DNA of 64,000 nucleotides from Curvularia clavata. Lineage: Eukaryota. The stretch lies in assembly GCA_023920165.1 (NCBI GenBank), contig CP089274.1:2976001-3040000 (forward strand), written 5' to 3'. The position numbers and the translations under genes are program-made. Each line of letters begins with the position of its first letter. Position 1 is the stretch's first letter. The notes under the pieces were generated by a model. That model searched no databases, was not told the origin of the DNA, and worked only from the letters and a program-made list of their open reading frames with translations. Positions 1 through 12,835 of the stretch are shown piece by piece.

Positions 1-261
1 GGGACTCCACTTCGAAACCATCCGCACTACAAGGAGGTAGTGAAGGCGTATGTTGAATACCGAGAGAGTGGCACTAACTGCAACGCGGGATATGACAAAG
101 AGGAATTGGCACGTGCTAAGGCTCTGGTGCTCTACCAGGATCTTGATGGCGAGTTTCTTGGATTTCAATTCCTCAATGATGCTTGTGAGGATGTCGAAGC
201 AGATGAATACATTGCAGAGTTGAGGAGGAATATTCCTGTGGACAACATAGGTGAATTGTAG
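1..261 (+). CDS. 3' end of a hypothetical protein (runs off the window start)
   Basis: Frame is open from base 1 (GTPLRNHPHYKEVVKAYVEY...NIGEL*) and is followed by AT-rich 3'UTR-like sequence; no recognisable domain. Confidence 0.5.
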   Translation, partial: GTPLRNHPHYKEVVKAYVEYRESGTNCNAGYDKEELARAKALVLYQDLDGEFLGFQFLNDACEDVEADEYIAELRRNIPVDNIGEL

Positions 262-1388
262 CATGTTGTTCATACAGAAGTGTAGCAACCCTCGTCTGCT
301 GACGTGGGTCGAGTTGTCGCGCAAGTTGAGAAACCAATTGATTACTTCTATCTCCAGATATCGTTATCATGAAAATCTAAGATTGGTAAGACTTTATGGC
401 GTGCTTGTATATAATGTGATGATTTGTCGTGGTTGTGTACTAGGGTGTGTTTCAGATTAAGACAGTCCACCAGGCCAAGATTCTAGGTAGCTCGGATTCG
501 AATTTCATAATAGGTAGGTACCTAACTACATCAACCAGGTATGATAAGTTCCGTCTTGGCAAAACCCTGGTTTCTTTGCTCAAAGTGGTCACACTACAAA
601 CAAGGTGAGAAATCTCTGCAGTGTTGTCGGTGAAGAGACAATGCCAATGGGGTGTAAAAATCTGTATGAAAATACGAGACTTTGAACATTCGATGAAGGT
701 AAGACATGCTTATGAAGCTTGATCGCGAAAGGCGTGAAATGGTGACAGAACCGTGGGGACCAGGTGTGAGTCGTGATACACGTGCGCAAATCGCTATAAT
801 TCTCCGATATGTCTGCCAATCATACAAGCTCATGGTTTGTCTAAGACATAGCACATGGTTAGATGGGATCCTACGAATCTCCAGAAAGCAGCGATCTACA
901 CGGTGCGTCACGAAGGCATGTCTAGTGGTGTCTGCGAGACAACTTATGGAACCAGTGGCGCGCTATTTATTCAGAGCAAGGGCGTCGGCGAGAAATTTGG
1001 ACCGACTGATGCAGCTGAATCAATAGCAACAAATATTGCGACAGAAGGGACATGGAAATAGACGTCGCGGGTCGGTCGGCCTTACTTTGCTCCAAGGTCC
1101 TCGTCAGGTGTTACAATAGGGCAGATGTTGGCGAATGAAAGAACAGTATACTGTAGTGGTGGGTGCTTCGCATAAGGTCAGTTGATTACAGGACGACGGC
1201 TTTGGCTTCGAAATGGCCTTATAGCGCTCTGAAACGTGACAGAACCCTGGCTTTGTTTATCCATGTTGTCGTCATTATGCATTATCTACGTAGCCTTGCT
1301 ATAGGCACTAGCCAAGATTAGAAATTAGAAACGAATTATGGCACAGACGTGACAACGAACAAAAAAGAACAGTTATTGTTGACAATGC

Positions 1389-2839
1389 TCATCGTCTAAA
1401 CCAGTTCATCAGATCGCCTTTGACCGACTTCCTCAAATGCTCATTGAATCCGTAGGTGAGGGCGTTTGCCAATCCTATGAACTGCGTCGAGCATTGGAGA
1501 ATTGCCAAGACATGACTTTTGTGTCCTGAGGCTTCTACTAGGCGGTTGATAATACCGGGCGTCCAGAGAATGATATACAAAATCGGATATGCGTTCAAGA
1601 GTAGCATTCTCCTGATTTCCTTTTCCACGTTCCTTCTTTTGATTCCACTTTGTGACATGCTGGTCATGTGGCCTATAGGACCCTCTACTCCTACAGTAGT
1701 CCTACCAGCTTCAACGTCACGTTCTTTGTCCCGAGCGGGAGATGAGTCTGCAACAGGAAGAGTCAGCAAAGAACGAAAGCGGGCAAACCAGTGGTGGCTA
1801 GGCACATGTGAAAAAAGGGCAACGTACATGGTGAACTTTTGGAGGAGGACGGATCGTCTCGAGTAATCTCACTGGCGCAGCTATCCTCCTTGTCCAACTT
1901 ATGAGTAGATGGATCATCCCCTTTCTTTGTTGCCATGCTACCGTCTGAGAGCTTCACTTCGTAATGGTACTCGACATTGATCTCATGCAACTCTGTCTGA
2001 GACTCGCTCTTTAATTGAAAAGCGTCATGCCGACGAAATTCGCGGCGCCTGGCCGAGCTTCCCGGATCGTACGATACTGCCTGGCTATGTGCCCACAGGG
2101 CGGAAAAGTGCCGTTTCATATAAATCCAGATGTAAATATAAATGGCAATGGTGGTGAGGATGATGGTAAATCTCCAGGCATGGCCTAGGCCGTAGCGCAG
2201 GTCTGTTCGTTTGGCACTTATCCAACACCAATTGCCACTGACGGGGGCGATTTCGTCTAGTCCCAGGGCAGTAGAAGCTATTTGATCAAGTCAGCCTTCC
2301 AGAGAGCGGGTGATGAGGCCTGGCGGATGTTACATGATATAGTGGGCATGATCCAGCATGATGCGCAGATGAGCAGCTTCTTAAGAGTAGATACATTGGG
2401 CATGTAGGTCTTTCGGGTAATGGTAAGGAGGGTAACAATGGCAATGGCTAAGATGGAGAAGTCGGCCGCCTAAAGGGTGGATCAGTGAAGGGTTCAAGAT
2501 GGCAATGAGGGTTGAATGGCTTACCTGGACAGACCACTGGCCTACCCAGCCATTCACGTCACATGCTATACCATCCGTAATGTCGCGACGATTAGCAACA
2601 ACATAGGCGCCAGAGATGGAGTTGTTGACTGAATTGATGAATTCTATGGCGGTTGTCAGTTTGACATGTGGTAGCTAATGGTAAGCCATACCAGCTAGTG
2701 CGAGGTTCAGAACCAGTGCGTGACGGAAAGAGCGTTGCTGGTCGGCGTATATGACATAGCAAACAAGTACGCATGTGGTAGCAACGGCGGAACAGAGGCT
2801 TCCTACAAGAGTAGGGATGGCGACACTAGGCGTGAACAT
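1389..2839 (-). CDS. G-protein-coupled receptor, cAMP-receptor-like/Git3-like 7TM, 5 exons
   Basis: ATG at 2839 (MFTPSVAIPTLVGSLCS...). Introns 2644-2691, 2470-2524, 2278-2333 and 1748-1827 have GT/AG ends and join in frame. Motifs FRHALVLNLALAEFINS, ACDVNGWVGQWSVQ, GNWCWIS, LNAYPILYIILWTPG, GLANALTYGFNE. Confidence 0.85.
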
Positions 2840-5640
2840 GGCGAGAGAGTTTACGAGTTGCGAACGTTGCCCAGAAACGTGTTTGATGACAACTGACTAA
2901 ATGTCGCTTTCAGGAATATGAGGCATGATAGTATATGTAGCGTTGGTAGTAACGAAGGCATCTAGCATCGGGGATTCAGAAATGAGAAGTGCGGTCGGGT
3001 TTTTGATGGAGGCGTACAGGTGTATCCGCGGAGTGGCCAGCCGTTTTGTGACTACAGGCGGTAGTATTATGGCTCAGGGGAACTGGTGCGGATTTTGGGC
3101 TGCAGAGTATGCTGTTCAGCCGAATCCGTCTTGCGTGAGCGTCGGCCAGCGGCTCCGTTGGACTCGCCAACGGCAGAAAGGGTAACACACGGCTCCGCAG
3201 AGGCCGAGGGGAACGGGTTCGCCGAGGTGCCTGAGCGGATTTGTGTGAAGAGCGGCCGCCTGGAATGGCAGAAGGAGTTCTCGAGGCTCCTAGGAAGTGG
3301 AGGTAGAAGTGGGGATAAGTAGTGGTGGTGGAGTGGAGCTGCTCCGAATGGTGCAGAGTAGCCATGTACATACCTAAGTATGTAGGTACTAGTCGATGAC
3401 ATGCCAGGGCACTCCGGCTAACCTGCCGTGGGCGAACCATTGGTTACACGGATACGAACAAGGCTGCATGGCGGTATACCCACATTGCCATGGCGAATGT
3501 CCATGTTCCGAAACGCCTTCTGCTTCCAACCAGGGAACTGCGCACTATGCTTGCTCAAATGGCTAGAGCACCCTGTCACCCAAAGTTGCCAAAGCACTCA
3601 AAACTGGCTTATCTTGCATGCTTTGGAATCTACACCATTTCCTTTTAGAAGTTTTAGTAAAAGAACTAGTAATCTCTTCGTAATCTCCTGAATATCTTAA
3701 GAGATGTAAAAGGCAAGTATAATTTAAGGTAAAGGTGGTAGGATCAATATGAAGTGCAAGGCATTCTTGGATCGCGATAGTTCTTTCAACCGGGTCCTTG
3801 TCTGCTAGTGTCCATGTCTAGATACCTAGCCACCTAGCGGGTGACAGCTGGTTTACGTGGCCCCGACTACAGTCCAGTTCTTTAGTGACTTTGTACGGAG
3901 TACTCTGTTCCACACGACCTTCCTGCTTAGGAGTTAGTGCATACGCGATTGCAGCAGCCGGTCCGAACCCTGAGAGCAAGCCTCCAAATCCACTTTGAAT
4001 CCATGGTGCTTGGGTCTCCAGACTGCAATGTCGCGGCGCACAGACGCACGTCACTTCACGCCATTGCGAGGAACCTCAAACCTTATCTCTCACGGCCACG
4101 CCGCCGCATCCCTTTCCCACGCCAGGAATGCCATGCTGTACCAGTCATGGGGGGAGTGTACCACGGTCGCTCTGGCTCGCTTCGCTCCAAACCTCATCAT
4201 TGTTACTTATGCCGTCATTGAGAACCCTGTCCTCGTTCATAATCTTGTAGTCAGGCGCCCTCAGCCTGCAGAACAAGCTCTCGCTAATTGCGGGCAGGGT
4301 ATCCCCCGCGTCTCCATTCCCCTGGGCTGGCCCTGGTTCTGGGCCTGTCTACTGTAAACGCTACATTAGTGAAGTAGCCTCAACCTAAAGCTTCATTTCA
4401 GATTCATGAAGTCAATTCCTTGGGTTGCCACTGTCTTCATCATTTCGGCACCTTCCAGTGCCACCAGCCTCTCGCTGTCCTACCAACTTCATATTTTCCT
4501 GAGTGACACTGACCCCAGAATCGAAACATAACACAGTCCTGCGACGCTAATGAGGACGCCACGAGGCAAGCCATCAAGTCTTATCTGTCTAGGCAAGGAC
4601 TTTTCTGCTGGTCCACCACATATGCTGTGTAAATGGTTTCGTCGTGCTAGATGAGCGTGCTAGTGGACGATCTTCCCGTCTTGCGCTTCAACTCTGACAA
4701 CTCAAACCCAGGTTTCCCTTACCATTACCTGTTTAGTCAACTCGATAATTGGTTCACTATCGGTACCAGAATTTCTGCCTTCATTACATAAACAAGGTGC
4801 GCTCCACCGCCTGTTTGCTCCCTGCTGAGCGATTGCCAAATCAAACCTTATTAACTAATTTTGAATACCCACCAAACTACCAGGTAGCCCTGCAGTAACT
4901 GGACTTCTAGAGAGCCTCTGGCAATGTCACAGAGCGCGAGACAGACGCTTAATATAGCTTTGTGTTCAGCGTGCTCTATAAGCACTCATGTTTAACCACT
5001 TGTTTCGCCTCTGACCGAAATGTTCCATAAGGAAACCCTGCAAATTTTGCAAATTTCACATATTCATTCCCTTTTTATCATGCATTGGAATCCACGAAGG
5101 CATGCCCAACCGCTGATCAAAGGTTTTCGACCATGTGTCTCTACTGGCCATGACGTCATTACACTGTTGGGTAGTTCGCTAGATCGGACCAAAACAACGA
5201 TTTCAATTTTCAATCAAGCAACCTAGTGAGAATCTCAATGGCTCATAATATTCCATTTTTTCTACACAATCGTTGGCGTGAATTAGACTATGATAGCTAA
5301 GAGAAATACATCTGCACAAGGGACAGCGCTTAATCATGTGCTCAATCAGATTGAGTGTAGTTATAGGTGATTGTATGAGTCATTATAGGCAGACCAATAC
5401 TTGGGTACGTAATTGATACCCAATTTCAAGCTGTATCCCTATGTAGCTGCCCCAGCCAGGGTAGCCGCAGGAAGTTTATGTGAATCGATCAGTACAACAT
5501 TAATCCAAAGCTCGATCAATATCGACCCAAAATCCGGATTAGTCGTGTCGGCCTTGGTGCATGTGCTATAACAGTCAAATAAACACAACTTATGCCTCTC
5601 AACTCGTTGGATTGACTCGATTGATTCTGTCCATGTAGCG

Positions 5641-7056
5641 TTACATGCCTCCATTACTCCTTAGCCCTTTTTCTTCTCCCTTTTTGTCAATACCTTCTTG
5701 CCAGTCGATGTTGACATCTATGGTCTTCAGGATGCCCTGGTGGCTTTCGTGGCTGGATGCATCGCATTCACCTGTTGTTTCATTAATCGTATTCGCATCC
5801 GTACCTATGTCATTCAGAGCAACATCAGACATCGATCCTGCTCGGCACTCAAGCAGACTTCTTGTTTTGTTTGGGTATTGACTGGCGCCTTGACTTGGTG
5901 TTTTCAAATGGGAGCCCGATCTTGTGGAGAAGCGGTACTTCCAAGCACGCTCGAAAAAGGGCCGCATTGTGGGAACACAAGCAGCCATAATGACGATGTT
6001 CTGCTCGACCCTAAAACAAGATGTTAACAATTCAGTTGATCCAAGAATCGAGATTATGCAACTTACAACCCCCATATTACTAGTGGTACAGGATTCCAAA
6101 CTGTCCTGCAGTGAGCTTTTGTCTGTTATTATTTGTTGGCGCACTTACGAGGATCTTCCATGTCTGTGAATAATGGAAGATATGTTCCCTTTACGATGGT
6201 AACTACCGCAGATAGCATAGTCAAGCCCATCATTATGATGACGCTAACTTTGGTAGTCCAAGGCATCTGCAAACGCCAGAATGTATGTGCTGGTACTACT
6301 GCCAAGACCACATCCGTCAATGTTGTGTACGCACAAAAGGCATATGAGAAGTAATTGAGAATGCCTGGATTCCAGCATGACCCTGGCAGAGTCTTTTCCC
6401 ATAACTTGTTGATTGGTTGGCATTGCGCAAATGCCAGGGCAATAGTAATCATGCCTAAGACAACTTGTAGCACTGCCATGAAGTACAGAGCAATCGTGCG
6501 GTGTGGGTTTGGCGACAGAATTTGACAGACAAGAATCGTAATGGAGATGTTCGGGAAGCTAAAGGCGGCTGACGGTGGTCATTCCTTAGCAAATGATACG
6601 AGATTAATGTGCGTAACACACGTACCAATATTGAAAGCTGCCAGTCATTAGCTCGAATTTCTCTTGGGATCGACGGATGAAATGTCAAGCATACGATACC
6701 CAAGCATCTGAATCATAGCTCCTTTGAAGAGTCGCTCTTCACCAAACTCTGCTGCTACGACTACTGTATGCTGACCGAAACCTAAAACGACTCCATAATG
6801 TACAAATGCTGAGGCAGTGATACTAAATATCTGAAAGCAGCGTAAGCATCGAAGTTTGTCGCGGGAATGATGGGGTACCATAAGACCTTACCAGCGACAA
6901 AATGATGAACAAATCATCCCAACCAATAACATGCACCACTCTTACTCTGGCAAAGAGCTTGATTGCAACTGTCAGAATGGCAGCACCAGTCATGATCCAC
7001 GCGACGAGTAGAATTTCCGTCTGTCTGTTTTCTGTAAGATCCACTGAGTCCGCCAT
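5641..7056 (-). CDS. PTH11-like (fungal rhodopsin-domain) integral membrane protein without CFEM, 6 exons
   Basis: MADSVDLTENRQ...KLFARVRVVHVIGWDDLFIILSL; FAQCQPINKLW...GSCW; TDVVLAVVP..FWRLQM; VEQNIVIMAACVPTMRP. Introns include 6831-6891, 6638-6694 and 6569-6625, with a 12-nt exon at 6626-6637. Confidence 0.85.
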
Positions 7057-8381
7057 TGCAGTTTTTGTCTTTCTATTGTCGTTCAGGTTCGCGGGTATCT
7101 GAAAACTAAGATAACAGGTCTTTTTCTAAACACCCGAGACAGAACATAACGGTTACATCCTGCAGATCCCTAAGGAGTCGCAAGCGAAACCTTTTGGGTT
7201 GGGTTGCATAAGCGAAAATAGGCCCAGGTGGCACGGGTTATCAGCTTCGTATTGTGGAGCAAAACCCTCTGTTCCAACTCTTTGCCCCTGCAAACACAAC
7301 TTCGGCAGTATGCCGACGGTCTCGAGTGGAAGCAAGAATTCCGCTGAAGGCCGAGGTGGCGGAAATTAGCCATGAACCAATCTATCATCCACGGGACATA
7401 GTCTTTTTGGAAAAGCGACAGAAACCTGGCTGTATCCAAAAAGAGCGTCGAGTGGGTCAGGAGACGAATCCTTCGTGGGCCGACAGCAATGCGGCACAGT
7501 TCAACACTTTTGTGTACCCTTCCATCGGTTGCTATCGTGCATGCAGACGAACTGCCGAACCCAGCTTATATGCGTGCTCACTTGCAGACGTTATGTAGGA
7601 AAACATCACCTCCACACGGCTATAAACTGAGCCCCGTCTTTAGACATCATATATATCATCGGAAAAATTAGTTTCAGCAAAAGGTTGATAACCAAAACAC
7701 TGGGACTAAGATATGCGCGCTATATGCCGACAATAGCTAAGGAATCTTCCTGCAGGAGCGATACGTCACGGACGGCATACGATTTGGAGTTGTGCCAAGT
7801 GAGCCTGCATGGAAAAGGAGTGAGGCACGGGATCGATGCACTTGTATCTCATTGAAACAACATCCTTAGGCGAAGAGGTGTTTCTAAAACACTTACTTGG
7901 TTCTCGAAGAAGAGATGTGTATTAAAAAAGTAGCCAACCGTGTCAAAGGTAGCTGGTATTCATCGAGCTAAGGTTTGTGGATGAAGGCACGGCAAGACTT
8001 GTTCAATGCAGGTACAGCATGCCAGCATACTTCGCCGAGAGACTAGTCCATGTTATCATCGATCCGGTTGTATCTTTCTAGCTGAGATCAGATACCATCT
8101 CCGTGAGAGTGACCATTCCTGCGAAGCTCGCCCACTTTTCGCTCCCTACCTAGCAAACCGTAACGACACAACTCCTGGAATACCACCTGCAAGGACGGAC
8201 ATGTTCGTATACAGTAAACAACTAAACCTTATGCATGATAGTGCATAGCGGCAGTTACGGGAGCTGCGATGTAGGGTAGCATCTACCCATACATATATAT
8301 AACATGGTCGAGTTAAGAGGTTCTACCTCTTAATATATTGCACATCATAAGGAAAGCCGTTCATTTCGTTTGCATAGAGAC

Positions 8382-9630
8382 ATGTCTACAGCACTACCAA
8401 CAATACTAAAGCGCATTGCGGCAGCTGGCGATGCCTACCAACAAGGGGAGATTGGATCACGGGAGGAGCTTATTGAGCTTGGTAGAGATCTCGTATCAAC
8501 GCTTGAGATCCCGAGTGAGTTCTTACAAAGAAGCTTTTGGGCTGAGGTTAGTAGTCGCGCTCAGATAATTTGCAACTAAACTAACTTCATTACAGCCTGC
8601 TTTGTCAGCACACTGCAAGTTCGCTGTTGAAGTTCAATTATTTCAACACCTCAAAGATGCAGGCGCAGATGGCATTAGCGCGGGAGATCTTGCTCAAAAG
8701 ACAGGAGTCGACCCTATGCTGCTCCAACGGATCATGCGCCATCTAGTCGCTATGAAGATTCTTTCCTTCTCTAATGGAAAGTATCATGGAACCCCTCTTA
8801 CCGACGGACTCGCGGCCCAAAATTACCAGAAAAGCTTGGACTTTTGCTATGATGTGGCGCGACCGTCATTCAATGGCTTTCCTACTTTCTTCTCAAAGAC
8901 CGGTTATAAAATGCCTACATCGCTTACAGATGGTCCATTTCAGGATGCACATGGTACGAAGCTACCATTTTTTGAATGGTTGGTAGCTACGCCACCTCAT
9001 CTGGATGAATTTGACAACTTCATGTCGGCATATCGTGCTGGAAAAGCCAGTTGGTATGACGAGGGTTTTTATCCAGTAGTAGACCGCCTAATCAAGGGAT
9101 TCGATACCAGCATCAGTGATACGCTCTTAGTAGATGTTGGCGGTGGCCGAGGACACGATATGCAACAGTTTACTGCGCAGCACAAAGCTCATCCTGGAAA
9201 GGTTGTTCTCCAGGACCGAGAGCCCGTCATTGCAAGTATTCAAGATCAGGAATACCTCCCCTTCAAATGCGAGGCTCACGACTTTTTCACCCCCCAGCCA
9301 ATCCATGGTGCGAGAGCCTATTCGCTTCATTCTATTCTTCATGACTGGAGTGATGAGGATGGAATCAAGATCCTCGAGAATCTGAAGCCGGCGCTCAAAC
9401 CTGGGTACTCGCGTGTATTGCTGAATGAGATTGTACTTTCGGAAGAAAAGCCGACTATTGCAGCAACATCAATGGACATGATGATGTTAGCGCATTTCGC
9501 TGTGCGCGAAAGAACTGAAGAGGAGTGGAAGTCAATACTGGAGAAGGCAGGGCTGGAGTTTCTGCAAGTCTACAGATATCCTGGAGTAGCTGAAAGTATC
9601 ATTGAGGCGCAGCTTGGGACAGGGGTCTGA
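8382..9630 (+). CDS. SAM-dependent O-methyltransferase (Methyltransf_2, fungal secondary-metabolism type), 2 exons
   Basis: ATG 8382, intron 8547-8595 (GTTAGT...CTAAC...CAG). Motifs LLVDVGGGRGHD, HDFFTPQP, ILHDWSD, DMMML, RERT. Confidence 0.93.
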
Positions 9631-10087
9631 GGTGGTAGAAGAAGAGAATGTTGTTTCGAATCCTTGAGATCATCTAGAGAATCATCACGATCGTATGGAT
9701 TATTTTGCGAACTGTATATATTAATCTACTGAATATAAAAAAGTAGAAATTGAGATACTTTCGAAATACATGTAATAGGATCAGTGAAATACTAGTAAAA
9801 TACTAGTCTAACAAAGACAGATACCCAGGTTGGACACTAGCGCAGTCCTGTTATACTCGAGATTATTTAAATCAACCCCCGTATCGTACTTTTGTTCTGT
9901 GAATTACGCCCTGCTCTTCGCAGTCTGAGTTAGATGCCACTCCAATACCATTAGTACGCAGACACATGACCCACTGGCCATCTCCTACATTTGAGCATTC
10001 CTCGCTATTGGTCATTTTTCCATGGTCCTTAGTCATTTTATCTGTCATGAATTTTCTCGTCGGCTGGTCTACCGTACAGGGATTAGG

Positions 10088-10309
10088 ATGGCATCCACCT
10101 TGGTGGGCGAATCTGGTCGTGTGTACGTTCAAGATGACGCACTTGAACGCCGCGAGGACTATGAGCCTGTTGTATTCAAACTGAATTGCTCTTCAATCTC
10201 CATGCCCTTCTTACAGCTTAGTTATGTCTCTAACTCATTTCGCTTAGGTCCGAGAATGAGGCTTTTGTCTTTAGGCTTGTACCTAGGCCCTTCTACAATC
10301 TGCCCCTAA
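10088..10309 (+). pseudogene. Probable truncated N-terminal relic of a fungal Ser/Thr protein kinase gene
   Basis: MASTLVGESGRVYVQDDALERREDYEPVVFK, then an intron remnant (CTAAC...TAG at about 10230-10247, no clear GT donor), then SENEAFVFRLVPRPFYNL. Resembles kinase N-lobe starts from memory; no HRD or DFG follows. Confidence 0.4.
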
Positions 10310-10555
10310 CTATCACATTTATTCCTTAGACCAACATGCACAGGAGGTTTGGGACGAAACGCCTGTCTCTTCTCTCATCTTCATCCTTTGCCAAAACAAT
10401 CATATATATTCTAGTAGCTGTCGTATGTTATGTGTTGCTTGATATGTATAAAGTTTTGAGTCCCAGCTCTCCTATCGCAAGAGGAGGTATCGTACAAACT
10501 CCCGCTTACCAAGTGCTATTACTGCATTACTACTCTTTTGAACCATTTAGACTGC

Positions 10556-12394
10556 TTATTCATCCTCGTCATAATCATTAAACGGCCAATGTTTGTCTGT
10601 CATTTCCTTCAGCCATGGATCATCGTCAACTGCGGCAAGACCCTCTTCTCTAATCATCGTGGCCCTTTCTTTCGCGCTTTCAAACAATTCGTTCGATATC
10701 CATCCGTCAGAAGCAACGCCGAGGACCCCATTGATTCGTTCCATTTCACAGTCGACCTCACGCAGGGATTCGTCTAGTGAAGCTCTCCTTTGTATCTCTT
10801 CCTCTGGGAGCACAACAGGACATGGTAAGATGGTACTGTCTGGGTCGGCATGTGCAATCTTTGACCAATTCTGCACCACATTGGCAATGCCTGTTTGAAG
10901 GGGTGCGTCCAGGCCTTCCCGAGGACTGCCCGCATCATTGAATATTCGACGTGTCAGGAGTCCAGTCTCTTGTTCGAGCGCATGCCAATGAGGTTCGTTC
11001 GTTCGCTGTGTGAAGCCCAAGTAAAAGAAATGGACGTGTCGGCGACGGAACTGCTCTCGTGCATCAGCATGCTCGTCGTCGTCCATAGAGTCGAAGTCGT
11101 CTGGGAGCTGTGGCAGAACAAATGATGTGGATTCTTTGTCGTTATAATTCTGGAAAGTATTCGGTACACCAGCAGCTAAGAATGTTGGAAGAACCATAGA
11201 ATGTTGCCAATCAACAAGACCAGTAATGCTGTGATCTTCAGAAACGAAGATGTTGTTAGGCTGAAGATCAGGATGACGAAGAACAGGTAGGTTGAGCCTC
11301 GAACATGCAGGTACAAGATGTTGGGAGAGCTGGATATAATCCAGCAAAAATTTGGCATGTTCTTCAGGGTCTTGCTTCTTATAGTCGAAGGTTTCTCTAT
11401 ACGCACGCTCGAACGGGAAACGGGGACGTCCGTATGCGCGGATCCAGGCCAATTCTTTCTCTGCTGGAGACCGAAGCACCAGACGAGGATCTTCATCTGT
11501 GAATTTTTAGACCAGTTAAGTGTATTCATCATTGAGATACTACTTACGTGGGCCTCGGTCAATGTTGAGATGTCCACGTTCGCCAAACCACCATCGTAGA
11601 GCCGCGTAAGGCCCTATACACAATCCATCGTTAGAACCAGGTATGTCAATTCTAAGGGTATCTGGGGATAAATCATTGGCATAGTATATGCTGCCGCTCG
11701 CTGGTAGACGGGCCGAGAAGAGCTTTGCTTCCAATTGCACGATTTGGAGAAGCAGTTTAAGTCTTTCTTGCTCGGAGAAGTCAAACCAAGCTTCCCCAAT
11801 AGGTCTTCCTGGTAGTTTTTCCATTAGAAAATATCCAGAGCTGACATTATTCTCATCGGTTGAATACCCTAGTATCCGAGGTGTAGGAATTCCATGAGCC
11901 CGAACAAAAGCCAAAGTCGCGACCTCGCTAGCTACTGCTAAGCGTCGTGGCAAAGTCGACGGATAAGGAAGGCGCGCAAGTATGCATGAACCGTCTTTCA
12001 TTGATATTTCAAAGACGCGGTTAAAGCCACCCTCAGCAATCTTGCGAAAGCTTTTGATATCTGAAGTGGGCCTGCTGATTGATTTCGCGGCCGCTTTCTT
12101 GAGTTCATCAACGTTGAATGCTAAACGTCGTTCGGCCAGACGGCGAGCTTCATTGTAACTTCAATATAGTAGGTCAGTTGATTAAAAGAATCTTGCAATA
12201 GAATACCGACTCATAACGTACATCCATCTCCCAGAGGTGTACTCGAACAACGCACGATTGGTTTCAAGGGATTCTGTAGCAGCCTTAGATGAGGAAAACG
12301 CACGACTATAGCTAGACGAGAATAATTGGACAATATTTCTGAGCATGAGTGAATCCCAAACTGTAAATTGAGATGGTGTTCTGAAAACATTCAT
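10556..12394 (-). CDS. APH/choline-kinase-like phosphotransferase (AIM9-like), 3 exons
   Basis: LFEYTSGRW..YNE..RLAER; IAEGGFNRVF; ARLPYP..AVASEVATL; MEKLPG; HPDLQPNNIFV; GLVDWQ. Two GT-AG introns near 12161-12221 and 11498-11546. Alternative start at 12346 (MLRNIVQLFSSSYSRAFSS, presequence-like). Confidence 0.85.
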
Positions 12395-12835
12395 GGTAAA
12401 GAGAGGAGGAGGTTACGTCGCTGATGTAACCACTCGACCGCTGGAAAATTGTGTCACCTGACTTCTCACCAAGCGTTCGTACGTGCGCAGGATTCAGTGT
12501 TACCAAAAACACTAAAAAAAACAAGCAAAGTACGCATTTGGACAACAGACGACTGCTGCAGGAAAACGATTGGACGTGGTGGCTTTACTCGCCATTTTGG
12601 ATCTTGTGCACGAGCTGGAGTTGATGAGTTTTTGGTAATTAGTCAACATACCTCACGATAGTAGTGCAGAAAAAAAGTGAAGCTGGCATGGGATGATACA
12701 GTATGTGCTTTCAAGAGGGAAAAACCTGCATCGTAACCTTAGAGCAGGTGCACAATCACATTAGCTTACATCGCAATATTTGTAAGAGAATCTCGGCTGT
12801 TTGTTATTCAAAAGGAATCGTAATATGCTATTCAT

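Noticed and set aside
590..1200. Short ORFs, including MVRWDPTNLQKAAIYTVRHEG...
   Set aside because: Flanked by in-frame stops with no recognisable family; a decayed gene cannot be supported
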